In this document: in pieces, positions 45,743 to 55,737 of the stretch
How the letters are laid out: every line of letters starts with the position of its first letter
Position numbering within the stretch: the first letter of the stretch is position 1
From: Patescibacteria group bacterium
GTDB taxonomy: Bacteria; Patescibacteriota; Minisyncoccia; Phycocordibacterales; WO2-35-19
Assembly: GCA_038065655.1 (NCBI GenBank)
Contig: JBBTQO010000001.1
Span: 2,517-66,516 of the forward strand
Reading direction: 5' to 3'
Length of the DNA stretch: 64,000 bases
The notes under the pieces: generated by a model
Seen by the model: the letters and a program-made list of their open reading frames with translations, nothing else
Database searches by the model: none
What the model was told of the DNA's origin: nothing
Translations under genes and position numbers: made by a program

Positions 45743-45804
45743 TGTAAACACAATTGTAAACCTATGGTTAGTGATTGTCAACCAATTGTCAACTAACTGT
45801 TAAA
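45743..45804. promoter_or_regulatory. Phased TGT(A/C)AAC direct repeats, candidate operator
   Basis: Copies at 45743, 45755, 45776, 45787, 45798 (degenerate). Confidence 0.55.
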
Positions 45805-45809
45805 TACTC

Positions 45810-46925
45810 CTAAATTCCCTCTTGTTTGAGCCGCTCAATTGCTTCGCGGGCAGATTTGGAGAGTTTTTTGGGAAGGGCCACGCGGACATGAATCAAAATA
45901 TCACCACGATTGCGGTTTTGATTTGGCACACCCTTGCCTTTGATTTGCAAAATATCACCGGTGTTTACACCTTCTGGAATATTAAGAGTCGAAAGTCCGT
46001 CCAATGTTTGGATATCTATTTTGGCGCCAAGTAAGGCATCAGAAAGTTTAACATTTAAATTCATTATCAAATCATTGCCTTCTTTGTGAAAGGTTTTGTG
46101 TTTTTTGACGTGAGTTTTTATATAGAGGTCACCCGAAGTACCGCCCTTAATCGCTTCCCCGCCTCCAGAAAAACGAATCATCTCGCCGTTGTCTATGCCA
46201 ACCGGAATTTTTATTTTTATTTCTTCTTCTTTTTTGAGAATACCTAAACCATCACAGATATTGCACTTTTCTTTTGGCACTTTGCCATTACCGGTGCAAG
46301 CTTCACAGGTACGAGTCATTTCAATAGAGCCAAAAATGGACCTCTTCATTTCTCTGATTTTGCCTTTGCCGTTGCAGGTCTGACAGGTGATTTGCTCTGT
46401 CCCCTTTTTGCCACCGGTACCGTTGCAGGTCTGACAAACTGAAATTTTATTTAAAAGAATAGAACGGTCTACACCAAAAACGGCTTCTTCAAAATTAAGC
46501 TCTATATCAATTGAAATATCTCTCCCTCGCTTCGCTCGGGATCTTCGATTCCCACCACCAAAAAATTCACCAAATATATCTCCTAAATCAAATCCTTCGG
46601 CTGAAAAACCCCCCGCACCTGCGGGGCCATTGGTAAAACCCGAAAAATCAAAGCCAGATTGCTGAGCAAAATCCTGCCAATTACCCTGGAAGCCATTAAA
46701 ACCCCCACCATTGCCACCAGCAAAAGTTTGACCGTAAGTGTCGTATTGAGCTCTTTTTTGGTCATCAGAAAGGACGCTGTAAGCTTCGTTGGCCTCTTTA
46801 AATTTCTCAGCATCTCCACCTTTTTTATCGGGATGATATTTGTGGGCTAGCGTTCTAAAAGCCTTTTTAATCTCGTCTTTTGAGGCTTTTTTGTCTATGC
46901 CTAAAATGTCGTAGTAATTTTTCAT
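45810..46925 (-). CDS. dnaJ: Chaperone DnaJ
   Basis: HPD motif, CxxCxGxG zinc fingers; start MKNYY. Confidence 0.96.
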   Translation of the reverse strand: MKNYYDILGIDKKASKDEIKKAFRTLAHKYHPDKKGGDAEKFKEANEAYSVLSDDQKRAQYDTYGQTFAGGNGGGFNGFQGNWQDFAQQSGFDFSGFTNGPAGAGGFSAEGFDLGDIFGEFFGGGNRRSRAKRGRDISIDIELNFEEAVFGVDRSILLNKISVCQTCNGTGGKKGTEQITCQTCNGKGKIREMKRSIFGSIEMTRTCEACTGNGKVPKEKCNICDGLGILKKEEEIKIKIPVGIDNGEMIRFSGGGEAIKGGTSGDLYIKTHVKKHKTFHKEGNDLIMNLNVKLSDALLGAKIDIQTLDGLSTLNIPEGVNTGDILQIKGKGVPNQNRNRGDILIHVRVALPKKLSKSAREAIERLKQEGI

Positions 46926-46949
46926 AATTACGACCATTATATCAAATTT

Positions 46950-48848
46950 TTAGCTTTTTGTCTCGTCTGGTTTCTCTTCTTCTTTCGGTTCTTCAGGTTT
47001 TGGCTCTTCTGATTTCTTTTCCTCGCTACTAGATGCTTGCTGTTGGCTGCTATTTTTCATATACTCCCCTATCTTTTGGATTTCTTTGGAGAGATTTTCG
47101 GTGGCAACTTTAATCGCTGAAATGTCATCTTTATCTTTTGTATTTTTTAATTCAGTCACTTTTTCTTCCACACCCTTTTTAATTTCTTCAGAAATTTTAC
47201 CTTCGGCGTCTTTGAGCGCTTTTTGGCTTGTGTAAATAAGCTGCTCGGCTAGGTTTTTGGCTTCAATCATTTCCTTCTTTTTGAGGTCATCAGTGGCGTG
47301 GGCTTCGGCATCTTTTTGCATTTTTTCAATTTCTTCTTTTGATAAGCCGGAGCTACCTTCTATTTTTATGGACTGTTCTTTTCCACTTGATTTGTCTTTG
47401 GCTTTGACGTTTAAAATACCATTGGCGTCAATGTCAAAAGTAACTTCAACTTGTGGCATACCACGGGGAGCCGGAGGAATACCGTCTAAAATAAAGCGAC
47501 CGAGTGTGCGATTGTCGGTGGCCAATGGTCTTTCTCCTTGAACTACGTGTATTTCAACGCTGGTTTGATTGTCAGCGGCGGTAGAAAATACTTGAGATTT
47601 GGAAGCTGGGATAGTGGTGTTTCTTTCAATAAGTTTGGTGGCTACGCTCCCCATAGTTTCGATACCTAGTGAAAGCGGGATAACATCAAGAAGCAAAATA
47701 TCCTTGACATCACCGCCTATGATACCACCCTGAATGGCGGCGCCTAAAGCAACCACTTCGTCGGGGTTGATACTTTTGTTTGACTCTTTGCCAAAAAACT
47801 TTTTAACTTCTTCAATTATTTTTGGCATACGAGTCTGACCTCCGACCAAAACTATTTCTTCGATTTCACCGACTTTAAAAGGCGAAGCTTCTATAGCGCG
47901 TTTGGTAATTTCCATTGCGCGTTGGATAAACTCATCAGCCAATTCTTCTAACTTGGCGCGGTTCATTTTAATTAACAAATGTCTTGGCCCGGAAGAGTCT
48001 GAGGTTATAAATGGAATATTAACTTCTGTGTCAGTGGCGGTGGAAAGCTCAATCTTGGCTTTTTCAGCGGCTTCGTCCAATCTTTGAAGAGCCAACGGGT
48101 CTTTGGTTATATCAATACCACTTTCTTTTTTAAATTCACTCGCTAACCAATGAATGATTTTTTGGTCTATGTCTTTACCACCGAGATGGGAGTCGCCGTC
48201 GGTCGCTTTTACCTCTACCACATCATCGCCCACTTCTAAAATAGAAATATCAAAAGTACCGCCACCGAAGTCAAAAACAGCGATCTGCTCGTTTTTCTTT
48301 TTATTAAATCCGTAAGCTAAGGCAGCGGCGGTCGGTTCGTTTATAATTCGGAGGACATCAAGACCAGCGATTTGACCAGCGTCTTTTGTTGCCTTCCTTT
48401 GAGCGTCGTTGAAATAAGCGGGCACAGTGATGATGGCTTGGGTAATCTTTTCGCCCAATTTGGCTTCGGCATCAGCTTTGAGTTTGGAAAGAATCATGGC
48501 GGAAATTTCTTCGGGTCGGTAAATGCTATCATTCATTTTGACTTGCACACTGCCGGTACTAGACGCGGAAATTTCAAAAGGCACAGTGTTCTTATCTTTT
48601 TGTACCGCTTCCTCTTTGAAATCGTGGCCGATAAATCTCTTGATGCCAAAAACGGTGTTTTGGGGATTGGTGACAGCTTGTCTGCGAGCCAAAAGGCCTA
48701 CCAGCCTCTCGCCGGTTTTGGAAATCGCGACAATAGAAGGTGTGGTGCGTGCCCCTTCAATATTTTCAATTATTTTTGGATTGCCGGCTTCCATCACAGC
48801 GACGGCACAGTTGGTTGTTCCTAAATCTATTCCTATGATTTTTGACAT
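46950..48848 (-). CDS. dnaK: Chaperone DnaK
   Basis: [23 protein letters not shown]. Confidence 0.98.
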   Translation of the reverse strand: MSKIIGIDLGTTNCAVAVMEAGNPKIIENIEGARTTPSIVAISKTGERLVGLLARRQAVTNPQNTVFGIKRFIGHDFKEEAVQKDKNTVPFEISASSTGSVQVKMNDSIYRPEEISAMILSKLKADAEAKLGEKITQAIITVPAYFNDAQRKATKDAGQIAGLDVLRIINEPTAAALAYGFNKKKNEQIAVFDFGGGTFDISILEVGDDVVEVKATDGDSHLGGKDIDQKIIHWLASEFKKESGIDITKDPLALQRLDEAAEKAKIELSTATDTEVNIPFITSDSSGPRHLLIKMNRAKLEELADEFIQRAMEITKRAIEASPFKVGEIEEIVLVGGQTRMPKIIEEVKKFFGKESNKSINPDEVVALGAAIQGGIIGGDVKDILLLDVIPLSLGIETMGSVATKLIERNTTIPASKSQVFSTAADNQTSVEIHVVQGERPLATDNRTLGRFILDGIPPAPRGMPQVEVTFDIDANGILNVKAKDKSSGKEQSIKIEGSSGLSKEEIEKMQKDAEAHATDDLKKKEMIEAKNLAEQLIYTSQKALKDAEGKISEEIKKGVEEKVTELKNTKDKDDISAIKVATENLSKEIQKIGEYMKNSSQQQASSSEEKKSEEPKPEEPKEEEKPDETKS

Positions 48849-48909
48849 ATGATATACGAATTAATGAATAATTTTTGTTTTGTGAATCGAATTATACTCG
48901 TCCTCTAAT

Positions 48910-49449
48910 TTATTTCAACTCCCCGACTTTAACTTTAGGGGCGCGGATGATTTTGTTTTGGAGTTTGTAGCCGACACTCATTACCTCAATTATTTTGCCA
49001 TTATCTTTTTCATTTTCTACTGCTACATTTTCTATTGCTTCGTCTCTTTGGGGGTCAAACTGCTCACTGAGTGGATTTATAACGGAGACTCCGTGATTAC
49101 CCAAAACATTTATAAGCTGGCTGTGGATGTACTCTACTCCCCTTCTCCAATTTTCATCTACTTTTTCCCAAGCCTCTTTATTTTTAAAAGCTGAATCAAA
49201 TGAGTCTAAAACAGAAATGAGCTCAGTTGAAATATCTTCTTTGGCAAATTTAGTAAAATCCTTTTTTTCCTCGTCTAGTCTTTTTCTCAAATTTACTCCA
49301 TCAGCCCTTTCTTTTTGCCAGCCAGTCAAATATTCTTGGCTTTTTTCTTCTAGTTCTTTTATTTTTTGTCGCAGTTTTTTTATTAAAACGGCTGAATTAT
49401 TTTCTTCTGTTTCGTCAGAAAAAATTATGTCATTATTTTCATCTTGCAT
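48910..49449 (-). CDS. grpE: Nucleotide exchange factor GrpE
   Basis: FDP..EA, GY.L..KIIRAPKVKV; adjacent to dnaK. Confidence 0.93.
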   Translation of the reverse strand: MQDENNDIIFSDETEENNSAVLIKKLRQKIKELEEKSQEYLTGWQKERADGVNLRKRLDEEKKDFTKFAKEDISTELISVLDSFDSAFKNKEAWEKVDENWRRGVEYIHSQLINVLGNHGVSVINPLSEQFDPQRDEAIENVAVENEKDNGKIIEVMSVGYKLQNKIIRAPKVKVGELK

Positions 49450-49457
49450 ATTAATTT

Positions 49458-49871
49458 TTATCTCTTAGACCACTGAGGAGCTTTGCGGGCTTTTTTGAGG
49501 CCGAATTTGCGTCGTTCTTTGGCTCGGGGGTCGCGTTTTAGGAAACCGGCGGTTTTGATTTTGGTTTTGAACGATTCGTCATGTTTGACTAAGGTGCGAG
49601 CAATGCCGTGCCTTATAGCTTCAGCCTGAGAGTGGACACCGCCGCCTTTAACATTTATGGTAATAGTGAAATTACCAGCTTTTACTTTGTTTAGTGCTTC
49701 TTCTATCACTTTTCGAAGTTCAGCTGTTGGGAAATATGAAGCCAGGTCGCGGTCATTTATTTTGAAAGTATTTTTAGCAGACGGAGTGATGCGTACTCTA
49801 GCGACTGAGGTTTTCCTTCTGCCTACCGCTTCTATGTATCGCTCAGTTTTTGTTTTTTCTTTTGTTGTCAT
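49458..49871 (-). CDS. rpsI: 30S ribosomal protein S9
   Basis: GRRKTSVARV...KARKAPQWSKR. Confidence 0.97.
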   Translation of the reverse strand: MTTKEKTKTERYIEAVGRRKTSVARVRITPSAKNTFKINDRDLASYFPTAELRKVIEEALNKVKAGNFTITINVKGGGVHSQAEAIRHGIARTLVKHDESFKTKIKTAGFLKRDPRAKERRKFGLKKARKAPQWSKR

Positions 49872-49872
49872 A

Positions 49873-50217
49873 TTAATTCAGTATTATTAAATTTTTCATC
49901 ATTCTATCTCGCAACTTGTTTTTTGGGAGCATACCTTTGATAGCAATCCGCAAAGTCTCTTTCATTCCTTTATCAGCCACTACTTTTTTCATAGTTCTTT
50001 CCCGCAAGCCACCAGGATAGCCAGAATAATTTTTGTATATTTTTTGATTCAACTTTTTGTTGGTGACAGAAATCTTTGAAGCGTTTATCACTTTCAATTT
50101 TAATTCAGGGATGGCATTACGAACAAAATCAGCGCGATTTTTGCCTATCAAGATAACGGCGATTTCGCTGGCCAATCTGCCTAACTTTTTATTTTGTGCG
50201 TCAATTTCGTAATTCAT
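49873..50217 (-). CDS. rplM: 50S ribosomal protein L13
   Basis: LGRLASEIA...SGYPGGL...GMLPKN. Confidence 0.96.
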   Translation of the reverse strand: MNYEIDAQNKKLGRLASEIAVILIGKNRADFVRNAIPELKLKVINASKISVTNKKLNQKIYKNYSGYPGGLRERTMKKVVADKGMKETLRIAIKGMLPKNKLRDRMMKNLIILN

Positions 50218-50226
50218 AAATATTTG

Positions 50227-50574
50227 TTATACAAACTCTATTATTGCCATCTTGCTACCGTCGGAAAGTCTGGGTTTGGTTTTGGTAATTCGCAAATAAC
50301 CACCCTTTTGGTCCATATATTTTTTTAAAAGTGTGTCCATCAGTATTTTTGTGGCATTTGGCCCCACTTTTTCAATGATAGCTCTTCGGGCAGCCACTGT
50401 CTGAGCCTTGCCTTTGGTCACTAATTTTTCTACAAATGGTCTGATCTCTTTGGCTTTTGGTTCGGTGGTTCTCATCTTTTGGTGCAATATTAATGAACGA
50501 GCAAGTGAATTTATCAAAGCTTTTCTTACTTTGCGCACTCTGCTAAATTTTCTGTTTGCGTTGTGGTGTCTCAT
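50227..50574 (-). CDS. rplQ: 50S ribosomal protein L17
   Basis: MRHH...TTEPKAKE...GGYLRI. Confidence 0.95.
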   Translation of the reverse strand: MRHHNANRKFSRVRKVRKALINSLARSLILHQKMRTTEPKAKEIRPFVEKLVTKGKAQTVAARRAIIEKVGPNATKILMDTLLKKYMDQKGGYLRITKTKPRLSDGSKMAIIEFV

Positions 50575-51563
50575 TACTTTAATGTGATTCCGTGTTCTCC
50601 TAAAACCCTTTTAATTTCGGCAACTCCTTTGGCTCCCAAACCTTCTACTTCCAAGATATCCTTCTCTTTCTTTCTAGCCAAACCGCCGATAGTTCTGATG
50701 TTGGCGCTAGAAAGAGCGTTCAAAGTTCGAGCGGAAAGGTTTAGGTTTTCAATGCGAGTTTTCAAAAACTCCGGGTCCATTTTTTGAGTGCTATTATCAC
50801 TATCTTCTTTGCCACCTTCGGAATCTTCAGTTGCTAGTTTCTCGCTTACTTCTTCTTTGTCTTCAAACCCGGTAATAGCCTTCAATTGTTCTATCATAAT
50901 GTTGATAGAACTTTCAAGGGCCTCTCTTGGGGTGAGACTGCCGTCGGTTTCCATAGATATTCTTAGACGATTGAAGTCAGTACGGTCACCAACTCGCATA
51001 TTTTCTACTTCGTAACTAACTTTTAGGATTGGAGTGAAGTTTGCGTCTAAAATAATGGTGCCAATATCAACTTTATTTTTACCAATCATATCGCGACCAA
51101 CAAAACCTAGACCTTTTTCCACAGTCATTTCCATATTTAATTCTGAATCTTTGTCGGTTAAAGTAGCAATCACCATTTCGGGATTTATGATTTCTACTTG
51201 TCCGGGTGCTTCAATGTCTTTAGCGGTGACCGTCTTTACCCCTTTAGCTTTTATGGAAAGAGTTTGGGGTTCGTCGGTCAGCATCTTGATGCGAAGTTTT
51301 TTTATATTAAGCATTATCATTACCAAATCCTCCTTGATTCCTTTGATTGAAGAAAATTCGTGCTCGACTCCGTCTATCTTGATTGAGGTGATGGCGGCTC
51401 CGGGTAGAGATGACAAAATAATACGACGCAAACTGTTGCCAATGGTAAATCCATAGCCGGGATAAAATCCGTCAATCTCATAAATTCCTCTGCTTTCTTC
51501 TTCCAAAATAATTTTTGGTCTTGAAGGCAATATAATAGCTTTGTCAAAATTGTCCGTAGTCAT
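50574..51563 (-). CDS. rpoA: RNA polymerase alpha subunit
   Basis: GYGFTIGNSLRRIILSSLPG, alpha-CTD LSARTLN. Confidence 0.97.
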   Translation of the reverse strand: MTTDNFDKAIILPSRPKIILEEESRGIYEIDGFYPGYGFTIGNSLRRIILSSLPGAAITSIKIDGVEHEFSSIKGIKEDLVMIMLNIKKLRIKMLTDEPQTLSIKAKGVKTVTAKDIEAPGQVEIINPEMVIATLTDKDSELNMEMTVEKGLGFVGRDMIGKNKVDIGTIILDANFTPILKVSYEVENMRVGDRTDFNRLRISMETDGSLTPREALESSINIMIEQLKAITGFEDKEEVSEKLATEDSEGGKEDSDNSTQKMDPEFLKTRIENLNLSARTLNALSSANIRTIGGLARKKEKDILEVEGLGAKGVAEIKRVLGEHGITLK

Positions 51564-51601
51564 AATATTAAAAAATTAGAGTTATAAAATTTCTATTTAA
51601 A

Positions 51602-52216
51602 TTATCTTTGATAATATTCAATCACTTGACCGAGATTGAATATTAGGTCAGCTTTTTCAGTGAAAGAGCCGTCCTTGACGTTAATTTCTTTCTTGTCTTC
51701 ATCCCAAGATAGCCAATTTATCATCAAAGTTTCGGTTTTTTTGTCTGCGACATCGCTAAACAATTTGCTGGCGCGGCTGCCTTCACGAATACTGATTTTG
51801 TCTCCATTTTTGACAGAAAAGGATGGAACATAAACCTTTTTACCGTTAACCAAAAAATGACCATGAGAGACAGCTTGTCTGGCAGATAAGTGAGTTGGCA
51901 AGATACCGGCTCTCCAAACGACATTATCAAGACGGTGCTCCAAAGATTTCAAAAGATTGACCGCTGGTGAATTGGTTTTTTTGGCTAAAGCTTGTTTAAC
52001 GTATTTAGCAAATTGTTTTTCGGTAACACAATAAAACATTCTAGCTTTTTGTTTTTCGTTTAGCTGAATACCAAAATCAGTTTTTGGTCGACCAAAAGAT
52101 TTCTTCCTACCTTTGCCCTTGCGTTCTTCACGAAGAGCAAACTTTTGGGTTTGAGTTTTTTCAAAGATAGGGGCTTTTAGTCTGCGGGCTATTTTGTATT
52201 TTGGACCAATTTTCAT
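51602..52216 (-). CDS. rpsD: 30S ribosomal protein S4
   Basis: LEHRLDNVVWRAG..ARQAVSHGH. Confidence 0.96.
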   Translation of the reverse strand: MKIGPKYKIARRLKAPIFEKTQTQKFALREERKGKGRKKSFGRPKTDFGIQLNEKQKARMFYCVTEKQFAKYVKQALAKKTNSPAVNLLKSLEHRLDNVVWRAGILPTHLSARQAVSHGHFLVNGKKVYVPSFSVKNGDKISIREGSRASKLFSDVADKKTETLMINWLSWDEDKKEINVKDGSFTEKADLIFNLGQVIEYYQR

Positions 52217-52230
52217 ATATTTTTTATAAA

Positions 52231-52674
52231 TTAAACTCTCCTTGGTTTCTTTGGTTTTGGACCGTTATGAGGAACAGGGGTGACATCTTTTATAGAAGTG
52301 ATATTTATTCCTTTTGAAATAAAACCTCTAATTCCTGACTCTCTACCCGAACCGACACCTCGCACTACTACTGAAATCTCTTTGATGCCAAGGGTTTGCG
52401 CTTTAATACCTAAGGTTTCGCCGACCTTAGCGGCCGCAAAGGGAGTACCTTTCTTAGCTCCTTTAAATCCTAAACTGCCGCTGGAAGCGGTGGCGATGAC
52501 ATTGCCTTTTTTATCGGTCAGTATAAGCGCGGTGTTGTTGTAGGTTGATTGAACATGTAAAATACCGGTGTCAAACCTCTTCTTGCCAGAAACCGCAGCA
52601 ACTGAGACATCTTTTGTCTCGACTGTTTTTTCTGTCCCTTCCTCTTCTGTTTTAACGATTCTTTTCTTTCCCAT
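52231..52674 (-). CDS. rpsK: 30S ribosomal protein S11
   Basis: STYNNT, KKGTPFAA, DVTPVPHNG. Confidence 0.97.
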   Translation of the reverse strand: MGKKRIVKTEEEGTEKTVETKDVSVAAVSGKKRFDTGILHVQSTYNNTALILTDKKGNVIATASSGSLGFKGAKKGTPFAAAKVGETLGIKAQTLGIKEISVVVRGVGSGRESGIRGFISKGINITSIKDVTPVPHNGPKPKKPRRV

Positions 52675-52683
52675 AATTATAAA

Positions 52684-53064
52684 TTATTTTTTATCAACTG
52701 CTCGACGACCGGTACCCATAGTCTTTCGGGTATTACCTCTACGAGTTCGAGAGTTTGTTTTCGTTCTCTGGCCTCTGGTTGGTAGGACGCGACTATGTCT
52801 TACTCCACGGTAACATTTTATATCTTTTAGTCGTTTGATGTTTCCGGAAATTTCTCTTTTTAAATCACCTTCAATTTTTAAACTTTCTACTATTTTTCTG
52901 ATCTCGTTTTCTTTTTCTTGACTCAAATCTTTTGCTCTGGCGCCCCAGTCTACTTTAGCTTTATCTAAAATTTGTTGAGCGCGAGAACGGCCGACTCCAA
53001 AAAGAGTGGTCAGCCCAATTTCAAGTCTCTTTGTTTCTGGTATTGTAATTCCTAAAATTCTCAT
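52684..53064 (-). CDS. rpsM: 30S ribosomal protein S13
   Basis: YRGVRH..LPTRGQRTKTNSRT. Confidence 0.97.
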   Translation of the reverse strand: MRILGITIPETKRLEIGLTTLFGVGRSRAQQILDKAKVDWGARAKDLSQEKENEIRKIVESLKIEGDLKREISGNIKRLKDIKCYRGVRHSRVLPTRGQRTKTNSRTRRGNTRKTMGTGRRAVDKK

Positions 53065-53076
53065 ATTTTTGTCTTT

Positions 53077-53193
53077 TTATCCTTGTCTTTGTTTATGTTT
53101 TGGGTTACTTTTGCAAACTACAAATAAAACGCCTCCTCGGCGAACTAATTGGCATTTTGGACACATCTTTTTTATTGAAGCCTTTACTTTCAT
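53077..53193 (-). CDS. rpmJ: 50S ribosomal protein L36
   Basis: [38 protein letters not shown] (38 aa, below ORF track cut-off). Confidence 0.96.
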   Translation of the reverse strand: MKVKASIKKMCPKCQLVRRGGVLFVVCKSNPKHKQRQG

Positions 53194-53202
53194 TTTTATG
53201 AA

Positions 53203-53433
53203 TCAAACTATTTTTCTATTATCAAGTCTGTGCACAATCCTCCCCTTCCCCCCATAAGGGTCGAGAACAACCTCTACAGAATCGCCGATTAAAACTTTGA
53301 TTCTGTTCATCCTCATTTTACCGGACAAATACGCTAGTATTTCTTGTTCTTTAAATTTAACACGGAAAAACGCATTTGGAAGCGCTTCCATTACCATACC
53401 AACACTTGTCTCTGGTCGCTCTTTTTCAATCAT
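53203..53433 (-). CDS. infA: Translation initiation factor IF-1
   Basis: EALPNAFFRV..LAYLSGKMR..GRIVHR. Confidence 0.95.
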   Translation of the reverse strand: MIEKERPETSVGMVMEALPNAFFRVKFKEQEILAYLSGKMRMNRIKVLIGDSVEVVLDPYGGKGRIVHRLDNRKIV

Positions 53434-53480
53434 TTTAACAATGCAAAGAGGTTATCATATAAACCTTATCAATGTCAAGC

Positions 53481-54908
53481 TTATTTAGCGACAACGACTT
53501 GGACACGTATTTTTGATGAATCAGTAGGAAATGTCCGTTTCCAAATAGGCCTTATTACTGCGGTTATACTCGAAATACCGGCAAATTCATCCATTATTTT
53601 CTGGAGGTCCTTTTTTGGAGCTCCTAGTAGTTTTTGGCTTATAGTATCTGTGTTTATCTCTGCCCAAGCTAGAACTCGGCCTTTTATTTGTAGGCTTATT
53701 TTCTCGCTACCCTCTAAATTGCCAGCTATCTTTTCAACCACTAAAGGAGAGAAATCAATAATTTGAGATTTTATATTATTCCAGCTATCAAATTCGGAAG
53801 CATAAGCTACAATTATTTTGTCTGATAATTCTTTTTTATTTAACATCAGGGCATAAGCGGTAATCTCTTTTCCTACCAAAACAGATGAAGACTCTTCTTT
53901 TTGAGGTAATTCTCTGGATTTGTAAATAATAGAATTGGATAATAATACTAACTCCACTGGTACTTTTGATTGCAATTCTTTTTCTAAATCGACTTGTATC
54001 TCTGTGTCGATATTTTGCATAGCTACTTGCTTTTCGGTTGGAAGCACCGTTTTCATTTTGCCAACGAATCCACCAGTCATCTCAGTGGCAGATCTAGCAT
54101 AAAAATTGTTGTAACGCTGAGGGTCGCTCTTAAAACCGGGGATAATAAAATCAGTCTTGCCTATGTTGTACTTTTCTCCCGGTTCATCGGCAAAAACTTC
54201 CACTTCTATACTGCCGGGAGTTTCGGCGCCATTTTTGGTTGTTTTGCCTGGTACCACTATTGATTCGGGGATTCTAAAAATAAGACCTTCTTTAGTTTCA
54301 AATCGGGTGCGAATGATTAATCTTTGAGGTTGGGAGGAAAAATTGTTGTAAACTATTATTTTACCAGAAGACTTAAGTTCAACAGCTTCCTCACCGGTAG
54401 CAGGGATAGAGACTGTTTTAGATTTGGCAAGTTTAACAACTTCATATCTAACACCCCCTTTCTCTATTTCTTTTACACCAGCTATCTCAGTGGCTACGTT
54501 AAGGTTTTGACTTCTGGGTGTGATATTGACTGTAGCTGAGGCAAACACAGTCATCATTCCTACTATGAAAATAACAATCAACACAGCAATAATGCTACCA
54601 AATATCCACGTTTTCTTTCTTGATTTGGTTGAGCCGTTATTGTAATTTGATACTTCTTTATTTTTTGGGTAATAATATTCGTAAGCGTTGTTGCTTTTAT
54701 TTTCTGTAATCTCTGACCCTTTGGTTTCAAAAGTCGGAGTATTCAATGGCATAGGGGCAATCTTTGGAGGCGGTGTTATTTCTGGTTTGATATTAATAGG
54801 CGCTTTTCTTTTGCCGCCATTGGGAATAGGAATATCCCTAATGCTTCGTCTATTGTCTGGTGGAGTAACATCACTAAATTGTATTCTTGGCATAACTTTA
54901 TTATACAC
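53481..54908 (-). CDS. Single-TM CPR conserved protein (baseplate J-like domain, tentative)
   Basis: 475 aa; G.I.VYN, TRFET..GLIF, ADEPGEKYNI, MTGG motifs. Confidence 0.65.
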   Translation of the reverse strand: MYNKVMPRIQFSDVTPPDNRRSIRDIPIPNGGKRKAPINIKPEITPPPKIAPMPLNTPTFETKGSEITENKSNNAYEYYYPKNKEVSNYNNGSTKSRKKTWIFGSIIAVLIVIFIVGMMTVFASATVNITPRSQNLNVATEIAGVKEIEKGGVRYEVVKLAKSKTVSIPATGEEAVELKSSGKIIVYNNFSSQPQRLIIRTRFETKEGLIFRIPESIVVPGKTTKNGAETPGSIEVEVFADEPGEKYNIGKTDFIIPGFKSDPQRYNNFYARSATEMTGGFVGKMKTVLPTEKQVAMQNIDTEIQVDLEKELQSKVPVELVLLSNSIIYKSRELPQKEESSSVLVGKEITAYALMLNKKELSDKIIVAYASEFDSWNNIKSQIIDFSPLVVEKIAGNLEGSEKISLQIKGRVLAWAEINTDTISQKLLGAPKKDLQKIMDEFAGISSITAVIRPIWKRTFPTDSSKIRVQVVVAK

Positions 54909-54951
54909 CCACTCTTTGCATTTTGTGCAACAAATATGTGGAAAAATAAAA

Positions 54952-55692
54952 TTAGTCGGTTAAATTGTTCCCAACGTCGGACGTTTGGATATCAAAATTG
55001 TTGGGGTTAAGCGATAACCATTCAAATATTTCTTTTTTTAATATTTTTGGATCTACGAAATATTCTGGAAAATCTTTTTTAGACAAAATTTCTTTTTCCA
55101 TTCTATTTTTCCCACAGTAATCTTGATAACTACTCCACCCATAATCTTCTAAAAACTTTTTTGCCTTTTCTATATCTTTGATACCATTTTCTTTCCACAT
55201 TGGATCAATAAGTTTTACTGGATTTAGATGAATGTAAGAAAAAATGTATTTTGAGTATGGATCAGTGTCTACATAAGAACCTTTAAAATTAGTTTCAAAA
55301 AGTCCACCAGTACGTTTATATTTTGTATTGAAATATTTTGAATAAGAAGTGCAAAGTTTTTTCATAAAAAGACTTATTCCGTTCCTTTTGTGTTTCTCAC
55401 TAATGTTGGACGTTTGTTCAGGGGAAATAGTTATGAGGAGATGAAAATGATTTGGCATGAGGACCCATGCACCGATTGAAACAATTGGTTTTCCTCTGTC
55501 AAATTCCCAAACATCTATTTTTCTTCTAACTATGTCCTCTCTAAAGTTAATATATTTTTTTGAGTTAGAGAGATATAGCATTTTTACAAATCTTTTTCTA
55601 TCATAATCATCAAGAAAAATATTTTGTTTACTATTTCCTCTATTATAGAGATGGTAAAACTCACCTTCTACAAAAGGTTCTTTTCTTTGCAT
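54952..55692 (-). CDS. REP-associated tyrosine transposase (RAYT, Y1 HUH), RAYT-2
   Basis: FYHLYNRGN, LMPNHFHLL, YIHLNP, WSSY. Confidence 0.9.
   Translation of the reverse strand: MQRKEPFVEGEFYHLYNRGNSKQNIFLDDYDRKRFVKMLYLSNSKKYINFREDIVRRKIDVWEFDRGKPIVSIGAWVLMPNHFHLLITISPEQTSNISEKHKRNGISLFMKKLCTSYSKYFNTKYKRTGGLFETNFKGSYVDTDPYSKYIFSYIHLNPVKLIDPMWKENGIKDIEKAKKFLEDYGWSSYQDYCGKNRMEKEILSKKDFPEYFVDPKILKKEIFEWLSLNPNNFDIQTSDVGNNLTD
54968..54992. repeat. REP-like palindrome, family B, at the RAYT-2 3' end
   Basis: ttcccaacgtcggacgtttggatat; 24/25 identical to 55711-55735. Confidence 0.85.
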
Positions 55693-55710
55693 ATAAATAT
55701 TTTAACACAC

Positions 55711-55735
55711 TTCCCAATGTCGGACGTTTGGATAT
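55711..55735. repeat. Family B palindrome upstream of RAYT-2
   Basis: ttcccaatgtcggacgtttggatat; degenerate internal copy at 55402-55416. Confidence 0.85.
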
Positions 55736-55737
55736 GA

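Noticed and set aside
48372-49468. Antisense ORFs over dnaK/grpE and similar shadow ORFs elsewhere
   Set aside because: Opposite-strand frames of conserved genes with no independent motifs
45810-53433. grpE-dnaK-dnaJ directly following the ribosomal protein run
   Set aside because: Ordinary gene-order shuffling; no CIRCE or other special element seen
53481-54908. Prophage inferred from the baseplate J-like protein
   Set aside because: No other phage genes nearby; membrane-anchored and in a housekeeping context
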